A DNA stretch of 64,000 nt, taken from Anthoceros angustus. Taxonomy: Eukaryota; Plantae; Anthocerotophyta. The translations under genes and the position numbers were made by a program. Positions 37,401 through 49,952 of the stretch are shown piece by piece. The notes under the pieces were generated by a model. The model worked only from the letters and a program-made list of their open reading frames with translations. It had not been told where the DNA came from and did no database searches. The stretch lies in assembly GCA_010909165.1 (NCBI GenBank), contig MU008155.1:1178001-1242000 (forward strand). The letters are read 5' to 3'. How positions within the stretch are numbered: the stretch's first letter is position 1; each line of letters starts with the position of its first letter.

Positions 37401-40400
37401 AAGAGATAAATTCTCTGCTCCTCTGGAGGAACCAGACACTTAATCTGGCAGAGGATCATAAGGTTTCTGACGATGAAGTAGTGCGGATCTGGCTTTCTGG
37501 GGCTGATGAAAGGGCCTGCTGCAAGAAGACGGTAACGCCTAACAGTACTCAGGAGACAGCAAGGCCGAACCTCGCTTTCAAGAATCGATTCGAAGTCTTT
37601 GGAACTTTCACCGATGATGAAGATGAAGAAAACGCTTTGCAGAAATACGATCCCTATGATGGATTTTCAATAGCGTCTTCAGACGACGATCCTTATGACG
37701 TTGAGGACGCAGAGACTGCAGGTCAGCTTGACAACTGGGTCTTAGTAACTACGTACGCTTCTCATCTGTTCTGGTGACATGTTTGCCATGGTTTCTTTCT
37801 TGCAGACTCCAGTCTCGAAGAGGATATAGATATAGCACCTGCAGAGGAACTGAAATTGTTAGATATGAACAGAACAAATGACGAGGCAGGAAACGGTAGT
37901 ACAGAAGGGTTTCCAAGTACAGAACACTGTGAACAAATAAAACCTGAGGACGACTGCATCAATGTTGGTGACGTTTGGAGATTGCCTCGGGCTTTGAGAC
38001 TGAGGCTGCACCAGTGTTGGCTTATTGCCATCAAGACGAAAGTCCAGCAGCACATTGAAAGACTGTGCAACGAGTACGAAGAGGCCTGCAAGGCCAGATT
38101 ACAAGTGGAGAAAGAGGTGCAGCTATGCCTCCTGAGAAAAGCGAATGTCGTTGGCATGACTACCACGGCAGCTGCCCGGATGCGGGATACTCTGGTCTGC
38201 CTGAAGCCAGAGATTGTGATAGTGGAAGAAGCCGCCGAAGTACTCGAAAGCCATATTCTGGCATGTTTGAGTCCTTACACCAAGCATCTCATCCTCATTG
38301 GGGATCATCAGCAGCTTCGCCCTACAGTATCAGTTCACAGGTTGGCTGAGAATCACAAACTGGATGTCTCTCTCTTTGAGAGGCTGGTTGTGAGTGGAGT
38401 GGAGTTCAGATCTCTGGAGGTTCAAAGAAGGATGAGACCAACCATCTCAAACCTCTTGCTGTCCATCTATCCCCATCTTAAAGACGATGCTTCAGTAGCC
38501 CAATTCCCAGACGTTCGAGGGATGAAACACAGTGTCTACTTTCTCGACCACAGGGAGGAGGAGAGCTCGGTTAGGAACTCGGAAACTGGCTCTAAAGTGA
38601 ACAAAGAGGAGGCAAAGCTGGTCGTGGAACTCTGCATTTATCTTTTGAAGCAGGACTGCTATTCTGCGAAGGACATCACCATTCTGAGCATGTACGCCGG
38701 CCAGGTAAACGTGTCACAGTTGATTTACATTTTGCGTTAGAAGCGGTTCAGCGCATCTGGTCCTCCCTGTGGAGCAAGTTGGTTGTCCTTTACACCGTCT
38801 TTTCATGTTCAGGTGGAAGAAATCAGGCGTCTCTTGAATGTGCGCGTTGAAGCTACCTGCCTACCAAGAAAAGTTGCAGGAGGCACACAGAATCTCAACC
38901 AGGAAGAGGCTTTCCCCAGAGTCAGCAGTGTGGACGGTTTTCAGGGAGAGGAAAGCAAAATCATTCTTCTTTCGCTGGTGCGGAATAACAAGCTTGATGG
39001 GACTGGTGGAATAGGATTCCTCGACATACACAACAGAGTGTGTGTTGCCCTGTCGAGAGCAAAATATGGAATGTATATCTTCGGAAATGCAGATCTTTGG
39101 CTGGGAGAAGTGAACTTTGGGGACAATCACCGGAACCCTCAGACAGTCCGGCCTGGTCGGCCCTCAGCTGATCCTGTGTTGTCAGAATCATCCTGAGAGG
39201 GAGACCAAAGTGACACGGGATATCGATTTCAGACAAGTTGAGGATGGGGGTTGTGGTCAGCCATGCGGATTCCAGTTACAATGTGGCCATGTTTGCCCTC
39301 GACGGTGCCACCCCAGCAACCATGAGCAAGCGGTCTGCTCTGAAAGCTGCTCCAAGCAGTATGAGAACTGCGAGCATAGTTGTTCAAGGATATGCCATCA
39401 AGGGTCCAGTTGTCCGCCCTGTACAGTTCTCATGAAAAGGCAGCTGCCTGGGTGTGGTCATCAACAAGCTGTGCCGTGCTCTGAGCCCGTGGATGCAGCT
39501 GTGTGCCAGGGGAGGTGCGACAAAATTTTAGGCTGTGGGCATCCGTGTTCCAATAAGTGTAGTGTGCCCTGTGTGGAAAAATGTCTGAAGCCGGTGACAA
39601 GAACTTTACCGTGTGGCCACGGCCAAGAGGACGCTTGCCATGAAGACACAGCAAGCATCGTTTGCAGGACTCCTTGCACAGCCACACTGGAAAGATGCAG
39701 CCACAAATGCTCAGGTAGGCTGATAAGAACTGCACGTCCATGGTCCTTTTTCGTGGCTTGTAAGTGTTTTCCAGTCAGCTGAACTGTTTCTGCTGCAGGT
39801 AGCTGTGGAATCTGCAAGCAGGGGTCGCAGCATGTGCCTTGCCCTAAACCATGCGAACTGGTGCTTCCATGCGGCCATGCCTGCCTCGCAAGCTGCGCCG
39901 ATTTCTGCCCTCCTTGCGAGCGGCCATGTCAGAGGAAATGCGTGCACGGTGCTTGCACATTGAAATGTGGGGAGGAATGCATCCCGTGCAGGGAGAAGTG
40001 CGCGTGGAAATGCAGGCATCACCGTTGTAATCTGCTATGCTTTGAGATATGCACGAGACCTCGGTGCAACCGGCGTTGCAACAGGAAACTGCCAGGATGC
40101 GGTCACCGGTGCAACGGACTCTGCGGGGAGTTGTGCCCCAAAAAGTGCAAAATCTGCAATGGGGACACAATCGACTTCATCTCCAAGAGGCGGTTGGGAG
40201 ACTTGAAAGCTAAACACAGGCTCGTGAAGCTCCATGACTGCAAGCATGTCTTCGAGGTGACAGGCCTGGACAGATGGATGGACCAGGGAGATGGTGTGGG
40301 AGCCTCTTCCTCTGCAACAGCAATCAAACTGAAGCAGTGGTATGCATCCAATTTCCCCTACCTCCTTTTTCATTTTATAACCTGCGGAATGGATGGCGTG

Positions 40401-41241
40401 ACAGACTATTCCAACTCTGTGCGTGTGCAGCCCGCAGTGCAGGACTCCCGTCCGACGGTCTTACAGGTATGCCGAAATTGTCAAGACTACTCTGGAGAAG
40501 ATTGAGGCCGTGAAACGAAGAGTGAGCGGGTATCAGCAATCGAGTCTTGGAAACCAAGCCCTGACCAGCGGGCGTGCGCTAGGGGCCATTGATATCTACC
40601 GCCAGGCACTCAAACACGAGCCAGGCCTGCCGGAGGCGCATTACGGCCTAGGATGTGCTTACTCAGCTGCCAGGTTGAACGCAATGGCATCCTTCCACTT
40701 GCTACTGGTGGTCTGCACAAGCCAACTCAAGGCTCACCCAGCAAGAGCCGCTGCATCAAAAGCGTGCATCGTCGAGAACGACATCGATTACTGCAAGAGC
40801 ATCGCCTCTTCCATGGCAACCACGTCCTGCAGAGGTACTCATTCTGTAAGCAACGGGCTGTCGAAAATGCTTACCCTTCCTTCCTTGCCTCCTATCCTAA
40901 TGTGTTGCCAAATGCGCTGCGCAGCCGGGAACCCCATCGCCATCAAGGCAATGGTGCAACTAGCGCGGACATGCACCAGAATGAATGAGTGGGAGATAGC
41001 AACACAGCTGAGTGCAGCTGTGTTGGATCTCGACCCAGAACATGAGGACGCGAAGGCCGTGATCAGCGATGCGAGAAGCAAGAAACAGAGTGAGCCTAGT
41101 GTGGCCGTAATGCCACACCAGGTTGGCTATCATGCTGAATGGTACCACTGTCCCAACGGCCACGTGTATGCCCTCGGCGAGAAGTCGCAGTGTTGCGAGC
41201 CTCTGGGTGTCCCCCTTGCATCGCTGTTTATCGGCAGATGA
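34479..41241 (+). CDS. ZNFX1: ZNFX1-like protein copy 1: PB1-like N-terminus, UPF1-like SF1 helicase, NF-X1 zinc fingers, RING-like, TPR-like, partial RZ finger (~10 exons; 1-nt indels near 39095 and 39120)
   Basis: YLDTNFKLLREDYIEPLR, SKRFMLGSLLCFS, MVESPAFFESYSHVLKSLQ, QGPPGTGKT, VVCYTNHALDQFL, GMTTTAAA, IVEEAAEVLE, LIGDHQQLRP, SLFERL, SVDGFQGEE, NRVCVALSRAK, CQNHP, multiple CGH-x-C fingers, DCKHVFEVTGLDRWM...CPQCRTP, WYHCPNGHVY. Confidence 0.88.
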
Positions 41242-41946
41242 TATTTTGAGCTTGTAGATTGCTTGGAATCACTTCCAAGGGTACTGCCAAACACTTCGAA
41301 ATTTGCGTTCCCATCTTCCATGGGCTGTGTTGCGAAATGACAAATCGCTTGACATCCCATTCAAAACCATTCTCAACAGTGTCGGCATGATTTTCCCTCC
41401 TCTTCTGCTCCGGTTTCAGTCTTTCAGTGACTGCTCATTTATAGCGTCTTCCGAGTCTTCCCCTTGCGGTGTGGACGGAGGCTATCTCCCCCTGGGCCCC
41501 TTGGCACGCATGACGGCCCTCAAGTGATCATGAGAGATCGCAGCGCCTACCAAGCGTCGTCGTCTATTTCATTGCAAACAATAAAGGCTGAGCGCGCGGG
41601 ACCGAATCGCTGTTTTCTGTTTATGAATACAAAAAAGCGCGCGGAATTTGACTGTACTGCTCTGTTCTGTGATGATAAAGCGGCGGCGGCCAAAGTACAC
41701 CGGATTGGACGGGTTGGCCTGTCGTGAGTCGTGAGTCGTTTTGAAGTTGAGGTCGGTACTTCACCAACCTCCGCTACCTCCAGCGCCTCCACCCAAAACC
41801 ACCGGTAGACTAACTCATTGGCTTAAGCCTCCGATGATGGGGTGGCCGCCGCGCGCGTTCTCATCAGCAGCTCGGGAAGCGTAGTCCACGGCAGTTCAGA
41901 ATTGGGCGTTGGAAGCTTCCAATCCACCTTGGAGCCTGGTTCTACG

Positions 41947-44900
41947 ATGAAGCCGCGGATGGATGTGCGGCTGGAGGTTGAGCACAAGAAGAAGGGAACG
42001 GTCCTGGCCACCACAGCTGTGGTGGTGGATCTAGCTTCTCGAGACATCTTGTCGGAGCTGAGGCGGAAGCTGATTGAGAGCATTCCGGGCCTCGTCCCGA
42101 GCAATCTTCGCACGCCGGTGGGTGTTGGCGAGCGTGCGGTGAAGCTGGAGTGCAGAGACAGAGACGGACGAGACTTGGTTATCTGCAGCAGTGTAGCTCT
42201 GCAACAGACGATTGGGCAGCTCGTTGGCCTTGGACGCGCTCCGAAGCTCTGGGCTTCTTATCAGTGTCCGGAGCTGTCAGAGGATGGACGATGCTTGGAA
42301 ACGGTTGAAAGTACTGGCACCTCGGTGAAGAAGAAGAAGGCGAAGAAGGATTCTACTAAAAAGGACAGCGTTGGCGCCTCGACTTCTCGAACCTCCTACA
42401 ATACTGGAGCAACTGGGGCTCAAACGAGCACACAGAATCAGTCATGCGTGCAAAGTTCCCTCGGTGGGCAATCGGGACGTGATGGTGGTGTGCTGGATGA
42501 ACCCGGTGTCAAGAAGAAGAAGAACAAGAAATCTGTTCAGCTGGATGGCATTGGCGCGTCCACGTCTTCAAGCTCCTGCGATGTTGCACCAACTCGGGCT
42601 CACAGGAGCAGGCAGGTTCAGTCAGGCGTGCAAAGTTCCCTCCGTGTGCGATTGGGACGTGATGGTGTTACGCTGGATGAACCAGGTGAGAAGAAAAAGA
42701 AGAAAAAGAATTCAATTAATCTGGACAGCATAGGCGCCTCCACCTTTCAATGCTTGGAAAGTGTTGAAAGTACTGGCACCTGGGTGAAGAAGAAGAAGGC
42801 GAAGAAGGATTCTACTAAGATGGACAGCATTGGAGCCTCGACTTCTCGAAGCTCCTACAATCCTGCAGCAACTGGGGCTCAAACGAGCACACAGGTTCAG
42901 TCATGCGCGCAAAGTTCCCTCGGTGGGCTATCGGGACGTGATGGTGGTATGCTGGATGAACCGGGTGTCAAGAAGAAGAAGAACAAGAAATCTGTTCAGC
43001 TGGATGGCACTGGCGCGTCCACGTCTTCAAGCTCCTGCTATGTTGCACCAACTCGGGCTTACAGGAGCAGGCAGGTTCTGCCAGGCGTGCAAAGTTTCCT
43101 CGGTGGGCGATTGGGACGTGATGGTGGCACGCTGGATGAACTAGGTGAGAACAAGAAGGAGGAGAAGAATTCAATTAAGCCGGACAGCATTGGCGCCTCG
43201 ACGTCTCGAAGCTCCTACGATATTGCACCAACTCAGGCTCACAGGAGTAAACAGGTTCAGCCAGGCGTGCAAAGTTCCCTCGGTGGACGAGTGGGACGTG
43301 ATGGTGGTAGGCTGGATGAACTAGGTGAGAAGAAAAAGGAGGAGGAGAAGAACTCAATTAAGCCGGACAGCATTGGCGCCTCGACATCTCGAAGCTCCAA
43401 TGATATTGCAACAACTCAGGCTCACAGAAGCAGACAGGTTCAGATAGGCGCGCAAAGTTCCCTAGGTGGGCCATTGGGACGTGATCATGGTGCCGTGCTG
43501 GATGAACTAGGTGAGATGCTTGTTCCACCACCCATTTTGTTTGGTCCAATTTGTGAAGGATATATTTGACATTGAATGCCGTGATCTTGAAGTTGCTTGA
43601 CGATGGCCTGTTTGAACAAAGTGCAGAGTTGTCGAAAGCCAATGTGTCAAACCTTTCTGTAACCCAGCTCTGCTCCTGGTTTGATCCCAATCTCCAGCAG
43701 TCTCCAGCAAGCAACATCGAAGATTTGAGCTCGGAACAAACTCCTGACTCCACAACTGTGGTCAGTCTGCTGGAAAGGAGAAATTTGACGGCCTCTGCAG
43801 TTTTTGCAGTACTTTCATGGGTCGCAAACATCCTGTGCTGATGTACATTTTTTATGTCCATGGCGCAGGGAGAAGAATATCGTCACCTTCCTATCCTGCC
43901 TTCTAAGTCTGACATGGTGGTTTCGGACATCCTACAAAAATCTCTTCCTATTAATCAAATTGGCCGGCCGTACTCATCTGTCTCTGAGTACCTGGACACA
44001 AACTTCAAGCTTTTACGAGAAGACTACATTGAGCCTCTGAGAGAGAAAACCAACGAATACCGAAATCGGTATGTGCAGCAACCTGGTGTTGGCATAAGGT
44101 CTTCAGGGGCTAACCATGATCAGGAGGGCATATATGTGAATGTTCGCTTTCATCCCGGCTTCAGATTTGGCAGGGAATCCATCGGGTATCAGGTAAAACA
44201 TGCAATAATTCTCGTTGGTTCACACGGTCTTGGGTTCCCAACTAAATGATCTGGAGTACTAACTTGTCTGAAACTGTTCTTTTTTCAGGTCAACTTCAAA
44301 GATTCTGCTGGCAGATACACTAGGTGGGACACATCCAAACGTTTTATGTTTGGTTCTCTACTATGTTTCTCTGAAGATGACTTCTCCACATATTTCTGGG
44401 GTCTGGTGGCCAGCCGCGAGGTGAGGGACCTTGCAAGGGGTGTTCTCATAATCCGCATCATACCAAGCCCAGAAGCTTCAGAAAGCTTGGCAAGTGCTGA
44501 AAGAAGAGCAACAGAGCAAACATGCTTCCCCTGGTTTGAACCAAGACAGCGCTTTGTCATGGTGGAATCGCCTGCCTTTTTTGAACCATACTCTCATGTT
44601 CTCAAGAGCCTACAGACCGAGGACATGTGCCATCAGCTAGCTTTCGCCAAGCATTTGATTGACTTGGAGGACAAGGTTGGTCCACCTAGCTATTTAGCGA
44701 GAAGGCCTCAGAAAGGGGTGTATAATTTCAGCAGCGTCTTTCCTCAGATGGTGAGTGACAGTGGCAGAGATTCGTTTGATGTACTCGGAACCTGGCCAGA
44801 CTGGGAGATGGGTACTCTGGCTGAGAGCCAGAAAGAGGTTCTGAAGCATGGACTCACTAAGGAGCTTGCCCTCATTCAAGGACCTCCTGGAACAGGAAAG

Positions 44901-47900
44901 ACCTTCGTGGGACTGTTGTTAGTCAGGATGCTGCTAGCGAATCTGAAGCAGCAAATATGCGAGCCTTCTAGGAGAGACCCAGCTGACTTCAGACCTAGCC
45001 TACAAAGTGTATCTGGCCCGATTCTGGTTGTTTGCTATACGAACCACGCCCTGGACCAGTTCCTCGAAGGCATCTATGAGCATGAGAAAAGCCTGATTCG
45101 CCTAGGAGGGCAGAGCAAGAATGATGAACTGAAGCTCAGGAGCCTGGCGCATCTTGGGAAGGAGCGGAGAAAGATACGCGGTGTGGATAAAGACCTGCGT
45201 CTGGCGTTCGGAAAGGCTAAGGGAGCAGCCAAGGGCATCAGGAGGGACATCGAGTTCAAACATCTGCCCTATCTCAGCTTGGTAAGCCTGATTCAGAACT
45301 TGATGACCCTGCTGCTGTCCTGTGTGCCTCAAGGGATACCTCCTGTTGGAAGCACTGTTGATGTTCCTGACCAATGTGTCAACTCCTACTGCAGAAGCGC
45401 GTCAACAAAGGTTCTCTACGAGAAATTGCAACTCCAGACCAGATAAATTCTCTGTTCCTCTGGAGAAGCCAGACATGTAATCTGGAACAGGACCATGAGG
45501 TCCTTCCTGACGATGAAGTAGTGCAGGTCTGGCTTTCTGGGGCAGATGAAAGGTCCTGCTCCAAGAAGAAGGTACAGTCTACTATTACTGGTGATACATC
45601 TCGGCCAAACTTCCTCTCCAAGAATCGATTCGAAGTCGTCAGAACACTCAACGATGATGATGATGAGGATGAAAAAGCTTGTCAGAAATGCGATCCGTTC
45701 GATGCCATTTCAGTAGCTTCAGATGTGGAGTACGAAGTTGAGGAGGCTCACGCAGAGACAGGTAAGTTTGGCAACTGGGTTGTTCAGTGCCTACTTACGC
45801 TTCCAATCTATGCTGGTCACATGTTTGCTATGTTTTCTTTCTTGCAGACTCCACCGCCGATCAGGAAATAGCAGCTGATATCATCAAAGCAGATGACGAG
45901 CCAGGAAAGGGGAGTACAGAAGGGACGACGGTCGAGCTGCTCAGCCCAGAACAATGTGAAAACATAGTACCTGAGAACGACTTCATCAATGTTGGGGACG
46001 TTTGGAGATTGCCTCGGGCTTTGAGACTGAGGCTGCACCAGTGTTGGCTTATTGCCATCAAGACAAAAGCACAGCAGCACATTGAAAGACTGTGCAACGA
46101 GTACGAAGAGGCCTGCAAAGCCAGGCTACAAGTGGAGAAAGAGATGCAGCTATGCCTGCTTAGACAAGCGAATGTCGTGGGCATGACTACCACGGCAGCT
46201 GCCCGAATGCGTGATACTTTGGTCTCCCTGAAGCCAGAGATAGTGATAGTGGAAGAAGCAGCCGAGGTTCTGGAAAGCCATATCCTGGCATGTTTGAGTC
46301 GGTACACCAAGCATCTCATCCTCATTGGGGATCATCAGCAGCTCCGCCCTAAAGTATCAGTTCACAGGTTGGCTGTGAACCACAAACTGGATGTCTCTCT
46401 CTTTGAGAGGCTGGTTGCAAGTGGAGTGGAGGTCAGATCTCTGGATGTTCAAAGAAGGATGAGACCAACCATCTCAAACCTCTTGCTGTCCATCTATCCC
46501 CATCTTAAAGACGATGCTTCAGTAGCCCAATTCCCAGACGTTCGAGGGATGAAACACAATGTCTACTTTCTCGACCACAGGGAGGAGGAGAGCTCGGTTA
46601 GGAACTCGGAAACTGGCTCTAAAGTGAACAAAGAGGAGGCAAAGCTGGTCGTGGAACTCTGCAATTATCTTTTGAAGCAGGACTGCTATTCTGCGAAGGA
46701 CATCACCATTCTGAGCATGTACGCTGGCCAGGTAAACGTGTCACAGTTGATTTACATTTTGCGTTAGAAGAGGTTCAGCGCATCTGGTCCTCCCTGTGGA
46801 GCAAGTTGGTTGTCCTTTACACCGTCTTTTCATGTTCAGGTGGAAGAAATCAGGCGTCTCTTGAATGTGCGCGTTGAAGCTACCTGCCTACCAAGAAAAG
46901 TTGCAGGAGGCACACAGAATCTCAACCAGGAAGAGGCTTTCCCCAGAGTCAGCAGTGTGGATGGTTTTCAGGGAGAGGAAAGCAAAATCATTCTTCTTTC
47001 GCTGGTGCGGAATAACAAGCTTGATGGGACTGGTGGAATAGGATTCCTCGACATACACAACAGAGTGTGTGTTGCCCTGTCGAGAGCAAAATATGGAATG
47101 TATATCTTCGGAAATGCAGATCTTTTGGCTGGGAGAAGTGAACTTTGGGGACAATCACCGGAACCCTCAGACAGTCCGGCCTGGTCGGCCCTCAGCTGAT
47201 CCTGTGTTGTCAGAATCATCCTGAGAGGGAGACCAAAGTGACACGGGATATCGATTTCAGACAAGTTGAGGATGGGGGTTGTGGTCAGCCATGCGGGTTC
47301 CAGTTACAATGTGGCCATGTTTGCCCTCGACGGTGCCACCCCAGCAACCATGAGCAGGCGGTCTGCTCTGAAAGCTGCTCCAAGCAGTATGAGAACTGCG
47401 AGCATAGTTGTTCAAGGATATGCCATCAAGGGTCCAGTTGTCCGCCCTGTACAGTTCTCATGAAAAGGCAGCTGCCTCGGTGTGGTCATCAACAAGCTGT
47501 ACCGTGCTCTGAGCCCGTGGATGCAGCTGTGTGCCAGGGGAGGTGCGACAAAATTTTAGGCTGTGGGCATCCGTGTTCCAACAAGTGTAGTGTGCCCTGC
47601 GTGGCAAAATGTCTGGAGCCGGTGACAAGAACTTTACCGTGTGGCCACGTCCAAGAGGACGCTTGCCATGAAGACACTGCAAGCATCGTTTGCAGGACTC
47701 CTTGCACAGCCACACTGGAAAGATGCAGCCACAAGTGCTCAGGTAGGCTTATGACAACTGCACGTCCACGGTCCGTTTTCGTGGCTTGTAAGTGTTTTCC
47801 AGTCAGCTGAACTGTTTCTGCTGCAGGTAGCTGTGGACTCTGCAAGAAGGGGTCGCAGCATGTGCCTTGTCCTAAACCATGCGAGCTGATGCTCCCTTGC

Positions 47901-49284
47901 GGCCATGCCTGCCTCTCAAGCTGCGCCGATTTCTGCCCTCCTTGCGAGCGGCCATGTCAAAGGAAATGCGTGCACGGTGCTTGCACATTGAAATGTGGGG
48001 AGGAATGCATCCCGTGCAGGGAGAAGTGCGCGTGGAAATGCAGGCATCACCGTTGTAATCTACTATGCTTTGAGATATGCACGAGACCTCGGTGCAACCG
48101 GCGTTGCAACAGGAGACTGCCAGGATGCGGTCACCGATGCAACGGACTCTGCGGGGAGTTGTGCCCCAAAAAGTGCAAAATCTGCAATGGGGACACAATC
48201 GACTTCATCTCCAAGAGGCGGTTGGGAGACTTGAAAGCCAAACACAGGCTCGTGAAGCTCCATGACTGCAAGCATGTCTTCGAGGTGACAGGCCTGGACA
48301 GATGGATGGACCAAGGAGATGGTGTGGGAGCCTCTTCCTCTGCAACAGCAATCAAACTGAAGCAGTGGTATGCATCCAATTTCCCCTATCTCCTTTTTCA
48401 TTTTATAACCTGCGGAATGGATGGCGTGACAGACTATTCCAACTCTGTGCGTGTGCAGCCCGCAGTGCAGGACTCCCGTCCGACGGTCTTACAGGTATGC
48501 CGAAATTGTCAAGACTGCTCTGGAAAAGATTGAGGTCGTGAAACGAAGAGTGAGCGGCTATCAGCAATGCAGCCTGGGAAACCAAGCCCTGAACAGCGGG
48601 CGTGCGATGGAGGCCGTTGAAATCTACGAGCGGGCACTCAAACACGAGCCAGGCCTGGCGGAGGCGCATTACGGCCTAGGATGTGCCTACTCTGCTGCCA
48701 GATTGAACGCAAGAGCAGCGTTTCACTTGCTACTGGTGGTCTGCACAAGCCAACTCAAGGCTCACCCAGCAAGAGCCGCTGCATCGAAAGCGTGCATCGT
48801 GGAGAACGACATCGATTACTGCAAGAGCATCGCCTCTTCCATGGCAACCACGTCCTGCAGAGGTACTCATTCTATAAGCAAAGGGCTGTCGAAAATGCTT
48901 ACCCTTCCTTCCTTGCCTCCTGACCTAATGTGTTGCCAAATGTGCTGCGCAGCTGGGAATGCCATCGCAGTGAGGGCAATGGTGCAGCTAGCGCGGACGT
49001 GCACCAGGATGCATCAGTGGGAGATTGCAACTCAGCTTGGTGAAGCCATCTTGGATCACCATCCGGAAAATGAGGACGGAAAGACCGTGATCAGCGAGGC
49101 GAGACGTAAGGCACAGAGTGCGCGCAGTGTGGATGTGATGTCACGCCAAGTTGGCTATCACGCTCAGTGGTACCACTGTCCCAATGGCCACGTCTACGCT
49201 GTCGGAGAGCAGTTGCACTGTTGCACGCCTCTGAATGTCCCCTCTCCATTGCTGTTATCCTCAGCTGACATTTCAGACTTGTAG
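41947..49284 (+). CDS. ZNFX1: ZNFX1-like protein copy 2 with repeat-expanded exon 1 and shortened exon 2 (1-nt frameshift at ~47150)
   Basis: Collinear paralogue of copy 1 with all helicase motifs; stretches of near-identity; ~420-bp deletion at ~43800. Confidence 0.82.
42290..43515 (+). repeat. ~180-bp coding repeats (6 full + 1 partial) encoding poly-Lys...DSIGASTS...VQSSLGG.LGRDGG.LDE.G
   Basis: About 60-aa units in ORF 41842..43569; a ~460-bp block is itself duplicated (42290 vs 42750). Confidence 0.9.
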
Positions 49285-49952
49285 ACAACACGGGATCACT
49301 TCAGTAGGTGCTTTCCAACGCTTCAAATTTTGCCTCCGCACCTCCCATGGGTTGTGTTAGGAGACGAAGATGCAAAGATGCCTTGCAAGATTCCAGAGAA
49401 ATGAACCCGAAACGAAGAAATGTGCACCGACTGTACCACCTACCACAGTTCATTGTCCCAGCGGGCGCCGATGTTGAGACACTGATAGGAGGTAGGTCCT
49501 ACCTCCTTACGCATCTGCCTCATTCGCCGCTGCAACCCGAGGAAAAGCATCCAGCATTATTGTAGGAGCCGTGCACCACTAATGCAGCCCACTGTACCAA
49601 TGGTCAGATGTCTGGCAAGCCTCTTGAGTCTTGACCCCACGAGAAGTGCAGCAAAAAAATCTTCAACGTGGCGCTGTGTCGGAGGGGAGCCTCACCCCCT
49701 GGCAACGACTTTGTGAAGAAATGCAGTGCACAGTGGGGTCCTCGGGAGACCAGCTCCCATCACGTTTCACCGTCCCAGCTCGCGTCACGAGACGTCTCCC
49801 AGGCCGGTCAGGGATAAGGAGGGCGCCTGATTGGCTGCCGTGACACAGGAGCTACCCCCCAATCATAGACCTCTTGTATGTAAAACGGGCGCTGCACACC
49901 GTGTTTAGCCCACCCCGCATTTCCCGCGATACTCGACTTCTCTTATCAGACC

